Assembly (NCBI GenBank): GCA_002633005.1
Contig: NMRA01000102.1
Coordinates: 940,880-1,004,879 of the forward strand
DNA: 64,000 nucleotides
Origin: Phoronis australis
Taxonomy: Eukaryota; Animalia; Phoronida
Reading direction: 5' to 3'
In this document: in pieces, positions 40,601-52,106 of the stretch
Layout of the letters: every line of letters begins with the position of its first letter
Numbering within the stretch: position 1 is the stretch's first letter
Notes under the pieces: generated by a model
What the model was told of the DNA's origin: nothing
Databases searched by the model: none
The model's input: only the letters and a program-made list of their open reading frames with translations
Program-made: the position numbers and the translations under genes

Positions 40601-43600
40601 AAAATGACTTGCCAAGGAAGCGAATCCCAAAAGCGAGAAGCAGCCGATTAAAATTATTTTTTAAAAGCATAATGAACATAGCTAGAAGCGCACAGAAAGT
40701 CCTGCAAATGCAACAGACAGTGTTTGGAGAATACAAGGTATAACATAAATATGTAGTAATGTGTTCTCAAGTTAAGCTTTAACAAATATTTAGTATTTTA
40801 GACTTCCTCAGTGAAAAACATGATATCCAGGAAAAATATCTGGATTGCGTGCATCAATAAGTGTGAATCTTAGAAGTGCTTAACAACAGGTACTACAATT
40901 GCAGGCAACAGGAAACGGGTCCGCAGCAAAACACCCTACCTACTGTAGTGCATTGCTGCTCCTCTAAAAAATTAACACGTGAATTAGGTTTGTTCACGCA
41001 TTCAAATACAAAAGTCGTCACAGGATCGACGATTACATGCACATTAATGGTAGTCAGAGAATAAACAATTTTAAACTTTTAAACAAATACCTGCTTATAA
41101 TCTATACAAACAGTGTACTCCTGCACTCAACGACAAGGGTCATAGAATAATGAACTTGGAACCTTTTCTAGACTTGAGAAAATCAAAATAAACTCAATAA
41201 CAATTTAATATATCATGGGTCAAAAATGAAATCTGTTTGCCTAAAGTCAATCAGTTTGTTGCATAACTGCACATTCGTGTACTTAAATTCGTGAATACAA
41301 AAGATCCAAATTGTCATCAATCTAGTAACTTGCTCCTCAAAAATTATAAACTGAATTGTAGTCTTAGTAACTAACAGAGCACGTAACTGTACGCCGCAAA
41401 CAATGGTTCAAATGTTTGCTCTGACCACTGAATGGACCCTTGCCATCCTGTTAAGTTGGTGCAATCAAAAGATAAGCTGGAATGGCACATTTTTTCTGGC
41501 CTTGATATTGGATGGGGCGGTAATGCCCAAGACTTTCAGAGTTGCAACCGGTTCACACGTAAGTGATAGGCAATACTTTTGCTACCAATTGACATCTGTC
41601 TACACATACCAGTTCATCACCCACTTCTTCAATATCTGGCATCCCGTTGTCTGAATCTGCTAGCTGTGCATCTCCTACTTCAGGATGTTCAACTTCTTGG
41701 TTAATGGAAGGTACGCACAGGCTATGAAGCAATGCAAAGAAATAATACATTCAAACATTCATACAAAACACCCCGATTACACTTGAGCTTTGAACGGAGA
41801 TACAGAAAAGACTACAACAAGTGGTCAAAATGAACGTCAATACACATTTCACGATAGAATTTTCGGAATTGAAAATTTAAGAGGAAGATGCTACAATGGG
41901 TAGAGCAATTCAGAAATGTCAAAAATCGGTGCTTATTTGGAATATTTCCTGGCAATACGCAAGCTAAGAAACATGAAATAATCCGACTACCTACACAGCA
42001 CACACTGTCAGACGTGCAGTTCCTTACTTTGAAGACCTCAAGTACATGCACTGACAACCACACGAACGCACTTCCACACCAGGAATATACCTCAGCAGAC
42101 GCCCTAATGCACCAGTTACCCAGACGACGGCCTAGGTTAATAATTAGCAATAATCGCGCGATCTAGTATTTTCCCTGCGAACACGTTTAATATCTTTTCA
42201 ACAAATGGTGCATCTGGGGGATACCGCCACCATATTTGGGCAAAGTTAGTATTTTTCGTTTGTATGGGACTCCTCACAAGCCAAAGATAGACGCAGCACT
42301 TTCCTACACTTAACGTATAATCCAGTATTATGATTAGTTACAACAAATACACGCCTGCGTAGCTATATCTAAGCCAAATCTAGGTAAATCAAACCATGAA
42401 CGCCTGCTTGCTATACAGATGCTATATTGTTGTAGGTACGACCGAGGTTAATACTTAAGGCTAACATGTACAGTGTATGGTCTGTTTCAAAATGTTCATT
42501 GCGTAGGCTGTTCCTGTGGTCTTCGAAAGTACTCTTCAAAAAATCTGGGTAACAAACGTTTAGTCTTGGCTCTCGAGATTTGAAAGCTAGTGGCCCCTTT
42601 GACAACTAGCGAGTTTTAGTAAAGACGTATGTCTGCATACACCTATGAATACGTAAACTCTGCCCTAGCAGCATGCTCGTGAATATCATTTTGGATCGAC
42701 TACTTACTGTTCCAGTATCCAGTTCTCTACTTTCGAGTTCGTTTTCCTTTTGATGAAGCAATGGGAGTATCTGAATGATTTTTTTCATTTTTGCCATTTT
42801 CAAGTTCACAAAGCACATTCTTTTTGGAGATTCCTCCTTCCAGGTGTAGATGTACAGTAGGTGTTAAAACCTATTGGCACGGAATGGCCACACGCTTTAA
42901 AGTCTAACAACTCTTCAAAAGTGACTGCATATCGATGCAATACCAAAGAGGTAATAAACTCTAGTTTTTCCCGAAGTTTTTAAGAGAATAGGAGTTAGTA
43001 GTTGAGAGTCCAGTTCTTAATTATATGTAGCGGCACTTTCTTAAATGAAGACAATTTTGTAACACCTCAAAAGCTATCAAAGCATCAAATCAACTTATTT
43101 TCTACGTAACAGTAAATGTACTAACACCTGATCTTTTTGAAAAAGGCGTACCTGATCGGGTACAACATATATGCAGAAGGTTTTATCTGCAATACCATTC
43201 CTTCCATCTTGAAGTGTTTGAATGCTGGTGGAGTATTCACTTATGGTGGTAGGGGAACAATCTGCTTAAAAGTGTTCAGGAGGTAAAGTTTGATGGGGAT
43301 ATTTTGTAGGAGACCTACACACGTGAAGGAAGTTTTGGAAGTCATAGCGGCGGGGTTGACTTCGATTGGGAATTCGATTTTAATGCCTGAAGCAAGGAAT
43401 GGGCTGTCTGAAATCAGAATGAGTTGGAAAGGTGTAGACATGATAGATGAAACAATCTGAATCAACACTTGATACAATAGACTCTCATATCCTTCGACAA
43501 CATTAATTGATTATTAAAACTAATTCAAGCAGATGATACAACTGTAGAATTTAAAGACGGGCACTAACCCAGATAAAGACTGTTTAGTTGTTCTTGAAAT

Positions 43601-44750
43601 GCCCGCATTGATGTACACGTGAAGTTTTGCATATATCCAACCTTTGGATGTAAGTCAACGTGTATAGAAAAACAGTGGTTATTCCTGACAGTGTATTTTG
43701 ACATGATGACAAATTAAAATTGTCAAAGTAATTTAAGATTAGATTAAGGTATATCTAATTTGAAAATGTGCTTGCAGGTACATGACAAGTTTAAGCTACC
43801 AGCAATTCACTCTATGAAAGTGTACAGAGATTAGCCTCAAACCAACTGAGTTGATCAGAGGTTTGGTTTTGTTCACGCCCACTAATTGTCACTCAGCACT
43901 GAAGAAACGCATTGCACAAGCAACTCCATTAAGATAAAAGTGAAGGCACCAACCTTTCTGCACTTCTTTAACAGCAATGGAGATTTGACGTGAATTCCAC
44001 CGCGTGGACTGTGAAATGGATCTCCTTCTTGGCTGTGGCTGTCGACTAGCTCTAAAACTTTGGAATCTAAAGAAAAAACAGTCATTGAAGTTAAGAGATT
44101 TTGCAGTAATGTATTCATTAAAGTACCATTCGCTCAGTCGATTAATTGTCAAATAAGAATACTTACAAACGTTATAAGACCAGACGTTATATAGATGATC
44201 TTCAGTTACGAACATTTATTGGTCGTCACATATACAACGCGAAATCGGGAAAAGTAATCGAAGCATTAATCATTCTCCATTGACAATAGCAATGTCTAAA
44301 GTGTGAAATTTCACATTGCTGTTTCCCTATGGTTGTCGTGGTTGATGGTATAGAACTGGGAAACCATTAATTAGTTATCGTTACAACTCAGCAATGATGC
44401 TGATAATGTATTAAATTGTTAAAACAACGTAAATGTTGGTTTTGAGCGCTTTATTATCGGGTGAAAAAATATGCTACATGCATAACAAATCCATAAGTGT
44501 GTTTTATCGACACTGTCTGTGCCGTGGTCTCGGAAATTGCACATTAGCCTTGGCAAAGCAGGACGGCATGGATGACGTTCATTGATTCCCAATTTGGGTA
44601 CAGAGGTACCTGAACATATATTGTACAAATATATAATTTATATTACTTACGCTTGTCTGAAGGAAGTCGAAGCACTTGTAGCCACCGGATTAGATTGGTT
44701 CACCCGAACAAGTTATGCTAATTCCTCGCGAAAGACATCCACCATTCTCA
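37688..44750 (-). pseudogene. Spliced HECT-domain E3 ubiquitin ligase (G2E3-like) remnant
   Basis: DDGGLTKEFFRLLM..IFEGNESNK (~39550-39680); GVGKLLAYSVLVGSTLPKIF..DYDLR (~39165-39340); C-lobe MMRFVTASDTVPP..IEF and QVGTCALTVKLP..F..M..I...EFSLQ* with the catalytic-position Cys (37688-37948); exon-like pieces with GT/AG up to ~44750. Confidence 0.72.
42170..42560 (-). mobile_element. Possible Penelope-like GIY-YIG C-terminal fragment inside the TIR element
   Basis: STFEDHRNSLRNEHFETDHTL..RTYNN weakly resembles the Penelope endonuclease H..SF..E..T.L..YN pattern. Confidence 0.3.
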
Positions 44751-45176
44751 ACAGGAACAAATGAGCTGACGCGTATGCGTTAATTGTAAAATTGCTTTTG
44801 ATTGGATAACCACATTCGATTCGTCTTTTTACGCTCATAGTGTACAAGCATAAAGTACGAGAGAAAAATGCTAGAGTAAAATTACGGGCGTGAAATTACG
44901 AGCTTAGAAGCACGAGCTTAGAATTGTGAGCAAAAACTACGAGCGTAAAGTTACGGTCGCACAGACTTGTTCAGAGCTCACGTGACCCACAAGCCACTTT
45001 CGCATTGGATATGACGATCTTCGTCGTAATTACGAGGGAAATCTTACGAATGTAACTACTCGCGACACCCACCCGAAAGGTCTACGATAGCGACACTTGA
45101 AATACGAGCGAAATTTCGGTCGTAATTACGAGCGCAAGAACTGGCGACACTTTCAACAGAACGGCCAACGAGAATA

Positions 45177-45315
45177 ATTCCGCCCAAGCGACGTACGAAG
45201 CAATGGGGATTTACCAAGTGTGTGGCACGCATTTTCTACCGCCGGATTACGATGGAAGAGTCATGTACGCTGAATTGATGAAGGTCTCTGCAAATCAACG
45301 TCTGGAGAACGGTGC
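45177..45315 (+). pseudogene. THAP domain remnant copy 2, 5' part (continues at 49682-49780)
   Basis: VCGTHFLPPDY...QRLENGA joins VPSLLIPGS once the LINE is removed; homologous to 20750-20945. Confidence 0.8.
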
Positions 45316-48300
45316 TTTTATCTTAGTAATGATTATTTTTTTAAAGTATTTCACGTCTCACATGTGTCATGATTATGAAACTACACTGAACTTGACAACT
45401 GTAGTTGTGTCATTCAGATACATGTACATGTATGTTACCTCAATGATTCATTTTCATCTACAGATCAAGAGTTCCATCAAGTGTGAATCAGTTCAGGAGT
45501 TAACTTTGCTTTTTAAGTTGTTTCTATTTTTATCACCATTAACGTTCAAGCTAAAAACGGCCAAACGAGTATCGTATAGTCTCAGAGCTCTATTTGACTC
45601 GGGCAGCGCCATGCGTAATAAGACAACTTAATTGGCAATATATTTTCATCCCAAAGTACAGTATTAATGTTCTACATATGTACAAATTGTTTACCCCATT
45701 GACTCTCATCTATTTGAACTAATATCACATCCGTAGTACGTCAATCCATTTCACTTGTTAATGTTACTAATCCATCAGTTTTCTATTGCAAGATTTAGCC
45801 TAACTCAATGTAATTAAAGTAGTGGTGGTGGGAATTTTCATGCCTACCCTAGTGTTCATAACTTTTGTCCTTACTTCATTACTTTTAGTCTATTCACACA
45901 CTTGTATATACTTCTTTTTCTCTTGTTAGATAAGCATGTTAATTATGAACTGTATGAATTTATCAGTATTTAACTACAGACATAATAATTATAATTGTTC
46001 GGGTGTCTGGAAAACAAAAATACCCCACTGCTTTTCGTCTATTACGCTCGACCTCACTCTTCTACTACGAAAACGACCCCGAACTGAGCACTTACGTAAT
46101 GTTTACTGCACAATGAAGAACTCATGTTGTGATATCCGAGTTATCATTGAGCAAAGTCTTTTGACTGCTGGTGACATAGAGGTCAATCCAGGACCAGGCA
46201 CTCAGGGTTTAGCCAGCTTCAAGGTCTTATTCACTAATATCAACAGTATCAAGGCGAACAATCTTTCAAGATTTGATCTTCTCAAGCAAGTTATTACAGA
46301 CAACAATTACATGGTCATTGCTATATGTGAATCTGGAACACTGTCCGAAGACAACCTCAGTGCACTTATTATTCCAGAATACCACATTGCCTACCACACT
46401 AACGTCGGGAGGGGGTTGATCTTGTTTGTCCACAACTCCGTAAATTACAAAACAATTGATGATAAAATTATACAATCAATGAGTAACTGTTGGATTGAAC
46501 TTTACGTCAACCACAAAAAGGTATATTACGGTTTTTTCTATCGCTCACCCTCACAGACGTCCCATGAACGGAAAGCATATTTCAAAACCTTTTCAGAGCA
46601 ATTGCAAGAACTCTCTCAAACTAATAAAACGATTGTTATCAACGGGGATTTCAACGCAAGAAATAGTACTTGGTACTCTGAAGACAATGACAACCAAGCC
46701 GGTCTCGAATTATTCGATATTCTCCTCACAAATGACTGTATACAACTAATAAACGAGCCGACACGTTTAACAGAGTATTCACATTCTTGCCTTGATTTAT
46801 GTATAACAAACAATCTCGGATTAATTGAATCCACTTCTGTAAGGCCTCCCATTGGTAACTCAGACCACCACGTTATAGAAACAACATTCACACTCAACTG
46901 CGCACCTAAAGAACCAGACATTATGAAGAAGATCTGGAATTACAACCTCATTAACATGGACAAACTGCGCTCTGACATAACCACATTCAATTGGACTGAT
47001 ATACTTAACAAAAGTGACATAAATGACGCAGTCTCAATATTCACACAGTCACTCTACAACATATTAGATAATAATATCCCATCAACCATGAAAACAATAA
47101 AAAACAAGAACAAACCGTGGTTTAACAATAACATTAAGTCTGAAATAAATAAAAGAAATAAACTGTACAGATCGTTCAGAAGATCAAATAACCCATGCAC
47201 GTTCAAGCGCTACAAAGAACAGTGCAAGAGTGTGGAAGAACTAATTAAAAAGACAAAACAAGACTATAAGATGAAAGTTATCTCCAATATCAAAAATGTC
47301 TCCAAAAATTCTAAGGAATATTGGGATATAGTAAACAAAATTCGAGGACAGGTAAAGCAATCATCATACCCCACCATCCACTCAAAAGAATCCAACTCTC
47401 AGGCGTCATCCAAAGCCGATAAAAGTATCTTATTTCTAGACTACTTCACTGCCAAGAGTCACATTGCACCAACAATAAACTATCCAGAATTCCCAAACAG
47501 AACATTAGAACACCTCTCTTACATAGAAGCCCAACCATCTGAAGTCAGGAAACTACTAGAAAACATTGACGAAAACAAAAACGACGGTACCAATCTCATA
47601 ACCAATAAAATGATCAAGATAATAGCAAGAGAGCTTACACTTCCTCTGACAACATTATACAACAAAATACTACAATCTGGAAAATTTCCTTTGAACTGGA
47701 AGCTTGGCGTTATGATACCAATACACAAAAAGAACTCCAAAACAGACATTGCCAACTATCGCCCCATAACTCTACTTAACACCTTATCCAAAATTTTAGA
47801 AAAAATCATTTCTCAGCACATGTTTGACCACCTCTCTTCACAAAACCTCATATATCGTCGCCAATTTGGATTCATGCCTGGTAACAGCACTGTGTCGCAA
47901 CTTACAGAAATTGTACACGACATCCACCTCCAGTTTGAGCAAGGGTACAACGTGAGATCCGTATTTTTAGACATTGCGTCAGCTTTTGATGTCGTTCCCC
48001 ATGACCTGCTTCTACATAAATTACAATCTTACGGTTTCTCAGGCACTCTCCTCTTACTTTTAAAATCATATCTGGAAAATCGAACTTACAAAGTCCGAAT
48101 TGAGGGTGTCTTATCACCTTCATCAACGCCAGGTTTCGTAAATGCTGGAGTACCACAGGGTAGCGTACTAGGCCCCTTACTCTTTTTACTGTACATCAAT
48201 GATCTTCCAGACACGATAAGCTCTAAAACATTCTTATATGCTGATGACACTGCAATATTCCACCCATTCTCAAAAGAGCATCCCCATGACTCCTTACAAT

Positions 48301-49681
48301 TGCAAACTGACCTTAACAAACTCTATGACTGGTCTCACAAATGGAAGATGAAATTTAAACCTGAAAAAAGTGTTGATCTTATATTTTCTAAGTCTAATAA
48401 TACTCATTTCCAAACAAATCCAACACTGGAATTATCACTCAATGGGGAAGTTATCCCCAATAAGTTCACGCACAAACATCTTGGCTTGCTACTCGACCAT
48501 AAGCTTACATTTACTCCTCATTGTCTCGAACTCGTTCAAAAAGTACAAAAAATAATTAATCCAATTAGAATTATCTCTCGTCATCTCAACTCCATGCATC
48601 TTGAAACTCTGTTCAAGTCTTTTGTACTTCCACATCTAGATTACTGTGACATAATCTACCGGCAAACGCTGACATACTTCTCCAATTAGAAAGACTACAA
48701 TACCAAGCAGCTTTAGCCATAACTGGGGCATACAAAGGGTCCAACACAATCAAGGTTCTAAATAGTCTTCACTGGAGCAAACTAGCAACCCGTCGTAAAC
48801 TCCACCTGTCCATGTATACATTCAAAGTCTTAACCAACATAAACAATTACTCTAACAAAATCCTCTTTGACTCCTACAAAAGACCAAGCACGAGACCAGG
48901 ACTCCGGCAAAGCAATATGTATACTATTCCAGCCTCCATCAGCCAAGCCTTTAGAAGATCAACGATATTAACTTGTATTGACAACTGGAATTCCTTACCA
49001 TTCAAAATAAAAGAAAGCACTTCAATCGTCACTCTCAAAAATAACTTTAAAATGCATACCACTACTCCAGACTTGCCAGTCCCATTGACATCATTCCAAC
49101 TTCCTCGCAACCATGAAATAACCCTATACAGATCAAGATGTGGTCTATTCCTAAACAACGAGAAATTTAGACATAATTTTAATAATATTTCGGCTCTGTG
49201 TTCCTGTGGAGATACCCAGACATATCCTCATGTTTTCTTTGCTTGTGATGTATGCAAGGAGGAGAGGGTACAGCTCTTCCAGGCACTCGAACAATACCCC
49301 AATGTTTATAAAAAATACTCTGAAATTCCCCAATTGTACAACAAAATTAATTTCTTTCTATATGGATGTCAAGAACTTAACTCAAACGAAAATATGGTTT
49401 TATTTGAAATAGTATCAGAATTTCTTTATAACATTAAATCTCTTTGTGTGAGTGGATAGAATTTTATACATCTGTATGAAAATAAATTATTTTCATTCGT
49501 TGTCATATATCATTGTATTCTTAACATCACTTTTTTCTATTTATGTATTTGTATATAATCATTGTATATAGACTTCTTTGTATTTTTTTACCCAGATCTA
49601 ATGCCTCTTGGCGCTTTCTGGGTTATGTATATTCATTGTATTCTGAAGATTTCGTAATAAAAATTAAAAAAAAAAAAAAAA
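45316..49681 (+). mobile_element. CR1/L2-group non-LTR retrotransposon, ORF1 absent (5'-truncated), poly(A) tail, 10-bp TSD
   Basis: TSD AGAACGGTGC at 45306-45315 and 49682-49691; AATAAA at 49656 then an A-tail. Confidence 0.92.
45936..49459 (+). CDS. pol: LINE ORF2: 2A-like peptide + APE endonuclease + RT + C-terminal Cys/His motif; one frameshift at ~48661
   Basis: NINSI, ICES, GDFNA, CLDL, SDHH (APE); NYRPITLL, FLDIASAFD, GVPQGSVLGPLLFLLYINDL, LYADD (RT); a shifted frame continues LERLQYQAALAITGA to CSCG..H..C. Confidence 0.93.
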
Positions 49682-50899
49682 AGAACGGTGCCGTGCCGTC
49701 GCTGTTGATTCCCGGTAGTGAGCCTGTCGTCACCCTCCCCAACCCCCTAGAAGTGCCATTTTGAAGCGAGAAGCCTCGCGAGCTGTAGCCACTACATTGA
49801 GTGGATCGGGGTACTTACTGTCACCCGTGCCTCCGAACGTACCCCAGAGCGTGCAATTCTGGGGACTACCAGTGATTCACCCTGTGCTGTTGTCTAGAGC
49901 CCAAAGCCCTTTTGTAGCCCTGCATACGATGTTGGGTAGTGGGAAAGAATACAAGCCGAGTTCTAAACCCAGTGAGCATGTGCACACCCAGCCTAAAAGC
50001 TGGGCGACTCGCATTTTTGAGAATGGGCACCTTTTACTAAAAAGGGTACGTTCAATTGTGCATTCGCTGAATTTTGGCAGTTCCTGTCTTTTTAGTGGAC
50101 ATTTGCTTTCAACTTTTCGAACTTTCTCTGAGGCGGACCTTTTTGCCCTCTTCGCCAACTGGTGCGCCATTCCTCTCAACACCTTCCTATGCCTGTGTGT
50201 ACTCTGCCTCATTATACTAGGGCTCAAACATACCCACCCACTGACTATTAGTGAAAAAACTCCTCGTCACCCCTGCTATGATAAATGTCTCTGTCGCTCA
50301 CGTCACATGAGTGCGGTCACTGTGATATCGGTCGCCGGCTCTAGCCATTTTTAAATTACAAGAAGCTAAACGATCCCTAAATCCAGCCTAATTGAGATCT
50401 CTAACAACCTAGCTTGTAGTAGAATATTCGTCGATGGTAAGTGGTGACGACAATTTTAGAAAAAAACAGCACAAAAGTAAACTCAAACGCACAACCAAAG
50501 TGAGGTCAATGGCGGTACAGCAATTGCCGGTCTGTCACGGAATGTCATGACATCGATAACTCCACACTTAACCAGACGATTCGTAACCTTTCTTGATGAA
50601 CCGGCAATTGCCTTCTATCCGTAAGTCACAGGGTAATTCCGTACCGTTCTTGACCACGAACCGTCAAAGTGGAAAGTATGCATGGGATTTTTGGGAAAAT
50701 TTTGTGCTTTGACCGCAGATTTGTTGCGAACTCGCTGGATCAAGACACTGTGCATGGTATTAGAAGAAAGAAAGAATCCGACTTCTTTGTTGATACCCTG
50801 TTTTTTGTAAATTTATTGACATGGACGGCTGAATTGAAGCACCGGTGGAATTCCTTGTCCGTAGTGTTATACCTTGTTATTGGGACGATCACTGAAGCT

Positions 50900-52106
50900 G
50901 GGAAGGCCTGATTGAATCGGGTACGATGGATTTCCAACGGGGGTTGCATTGTCGTAACGTATCGGTAAACATATAACATAAACCTTAGAAAGAGCGAAAC
51001 TCGGCGAAATTGACTGAAACGATGATGATAGAGATGATGATAATTATTATGGTTGCAATGATGAACATGATGATAGCAATCATTTGACGATGACATAACA
51101 GAAATGGTTAACAAATCAAGAAGCGCTTAAGCACTGCATTCTAAAGTGACACGTACATGTATCAGATATCGCAAAATTAAAGGGTAAGCTTGCATGTTAT
51201 CACAAACCCGGTCAGATGGTAATGCCCTGGAACCAATGCAATGCCATTGCCAAGCAAGTGTTACACAAGAATGCAAAGTTTAAATGACACACTTAACTTT
51301 ATCGATGAAACGAAGACCTAATAGTACTCACACGAATATGAGATGAGGCTCACGAACACCAGTGCGAAAACGGTCTGCATTTTGATTGTTTAGAGATAGG
51401 TAGCTGAAACTTGCAGTGACGACAGCCAAACAGCAAGAGAACATAGGCCACGCCTTGGTAGAAGATTTCTGCGCATGCCCTAATGAATACAGGGTGCCTA
51501 AACTCTTAGCCTCGTTGCAACCGCCTGTACGCAGTCTTCGTTCAGGTTCCTTGATCATTTGGAAACGTGGCTCAAGTTGACTTGCCGGATTGCTGTTACA
51601 CCACGACAGCCCTGTGAGCGAACGAATCCCTGCTTTCTCATTAGAATAAAAGATGCAAGGAATAGGTAAAGGTTCCTTGATCATTTGGAAACGTGGCTCG
51701 AGTTGACTGGCCGGATTGCTTTTACACCACGACAGCCCTGTGAGCGAACGAATCCCTGCTTTCTCATTAGAATAAAGGATGCAAGGAATAGGTAAAGGTT
51801 CCTTGATCATTTGGAAACGTGACTCGAGTTGACTGCCGGATTGATGTTACACCGCGACAGCCCTGTGAGCGAACGAATCCCTGCTTTCTCATTAGAATAA
51901 AGGATTCAAGGAATAGGTAAAACATCATTTACAAAGCATTCATTCTTTTTTCCTTTGCTCTGACAAACAAATTAAATTTAGATAATATTATTCTTAATCT
52001 ATACCTCATTTTAGTTTTTGCCATTATTGCACTTACAATATATGTTGTAATACTTAGGTATTTGTCCTTTGTACAAATACACATTTTACATAGATATACA
52101 ATCAAT
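50900..52106 (+). repeat. Copy B of the 7.6-10.7 kb segment with an internal 126-bp triplication (51545-51921)
   Basis: ggttccttgatcatttggaaacgtg starts at 51545, 51671 and 51797; single copy in copy A. Confidence 0.9.

Larger units (their letters stand above)
33831..45176. mobile_element. ~11.3-kb TIR DNA transposon (IS3EU-like) carrying transposase and HECT ligase remnants
   Basis: Imperfect ~87-bp TIRs (33831-33917 vs 45090-45176), AATTACGAGCGTAA subterminal arrays at both ends, two convergent internal genes; no TSD seen. Confidence 0.75.

Noticed and set aside
33825-45182. Target-site duplication for the TIR element
   Set aside because: Flanks AACTAG and ATTCCG do not match
46266-49412. 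Short antisense and alternative-frame ORFs within the LINE (and similarly within the Gypsy element)
   Set aside because: Shadow ORFs of the pol coding sequence
49761-50354. 197-aa ORF
   Set aside because: Overlaps a dispersed repeat, has a non-ATG start and no recognisable motif
51328-51810. 160-aa ORF with internal repeats
   Set aside because: Produced by the 126-bp DNA triplication; no domain, and the third unit is frameshifted
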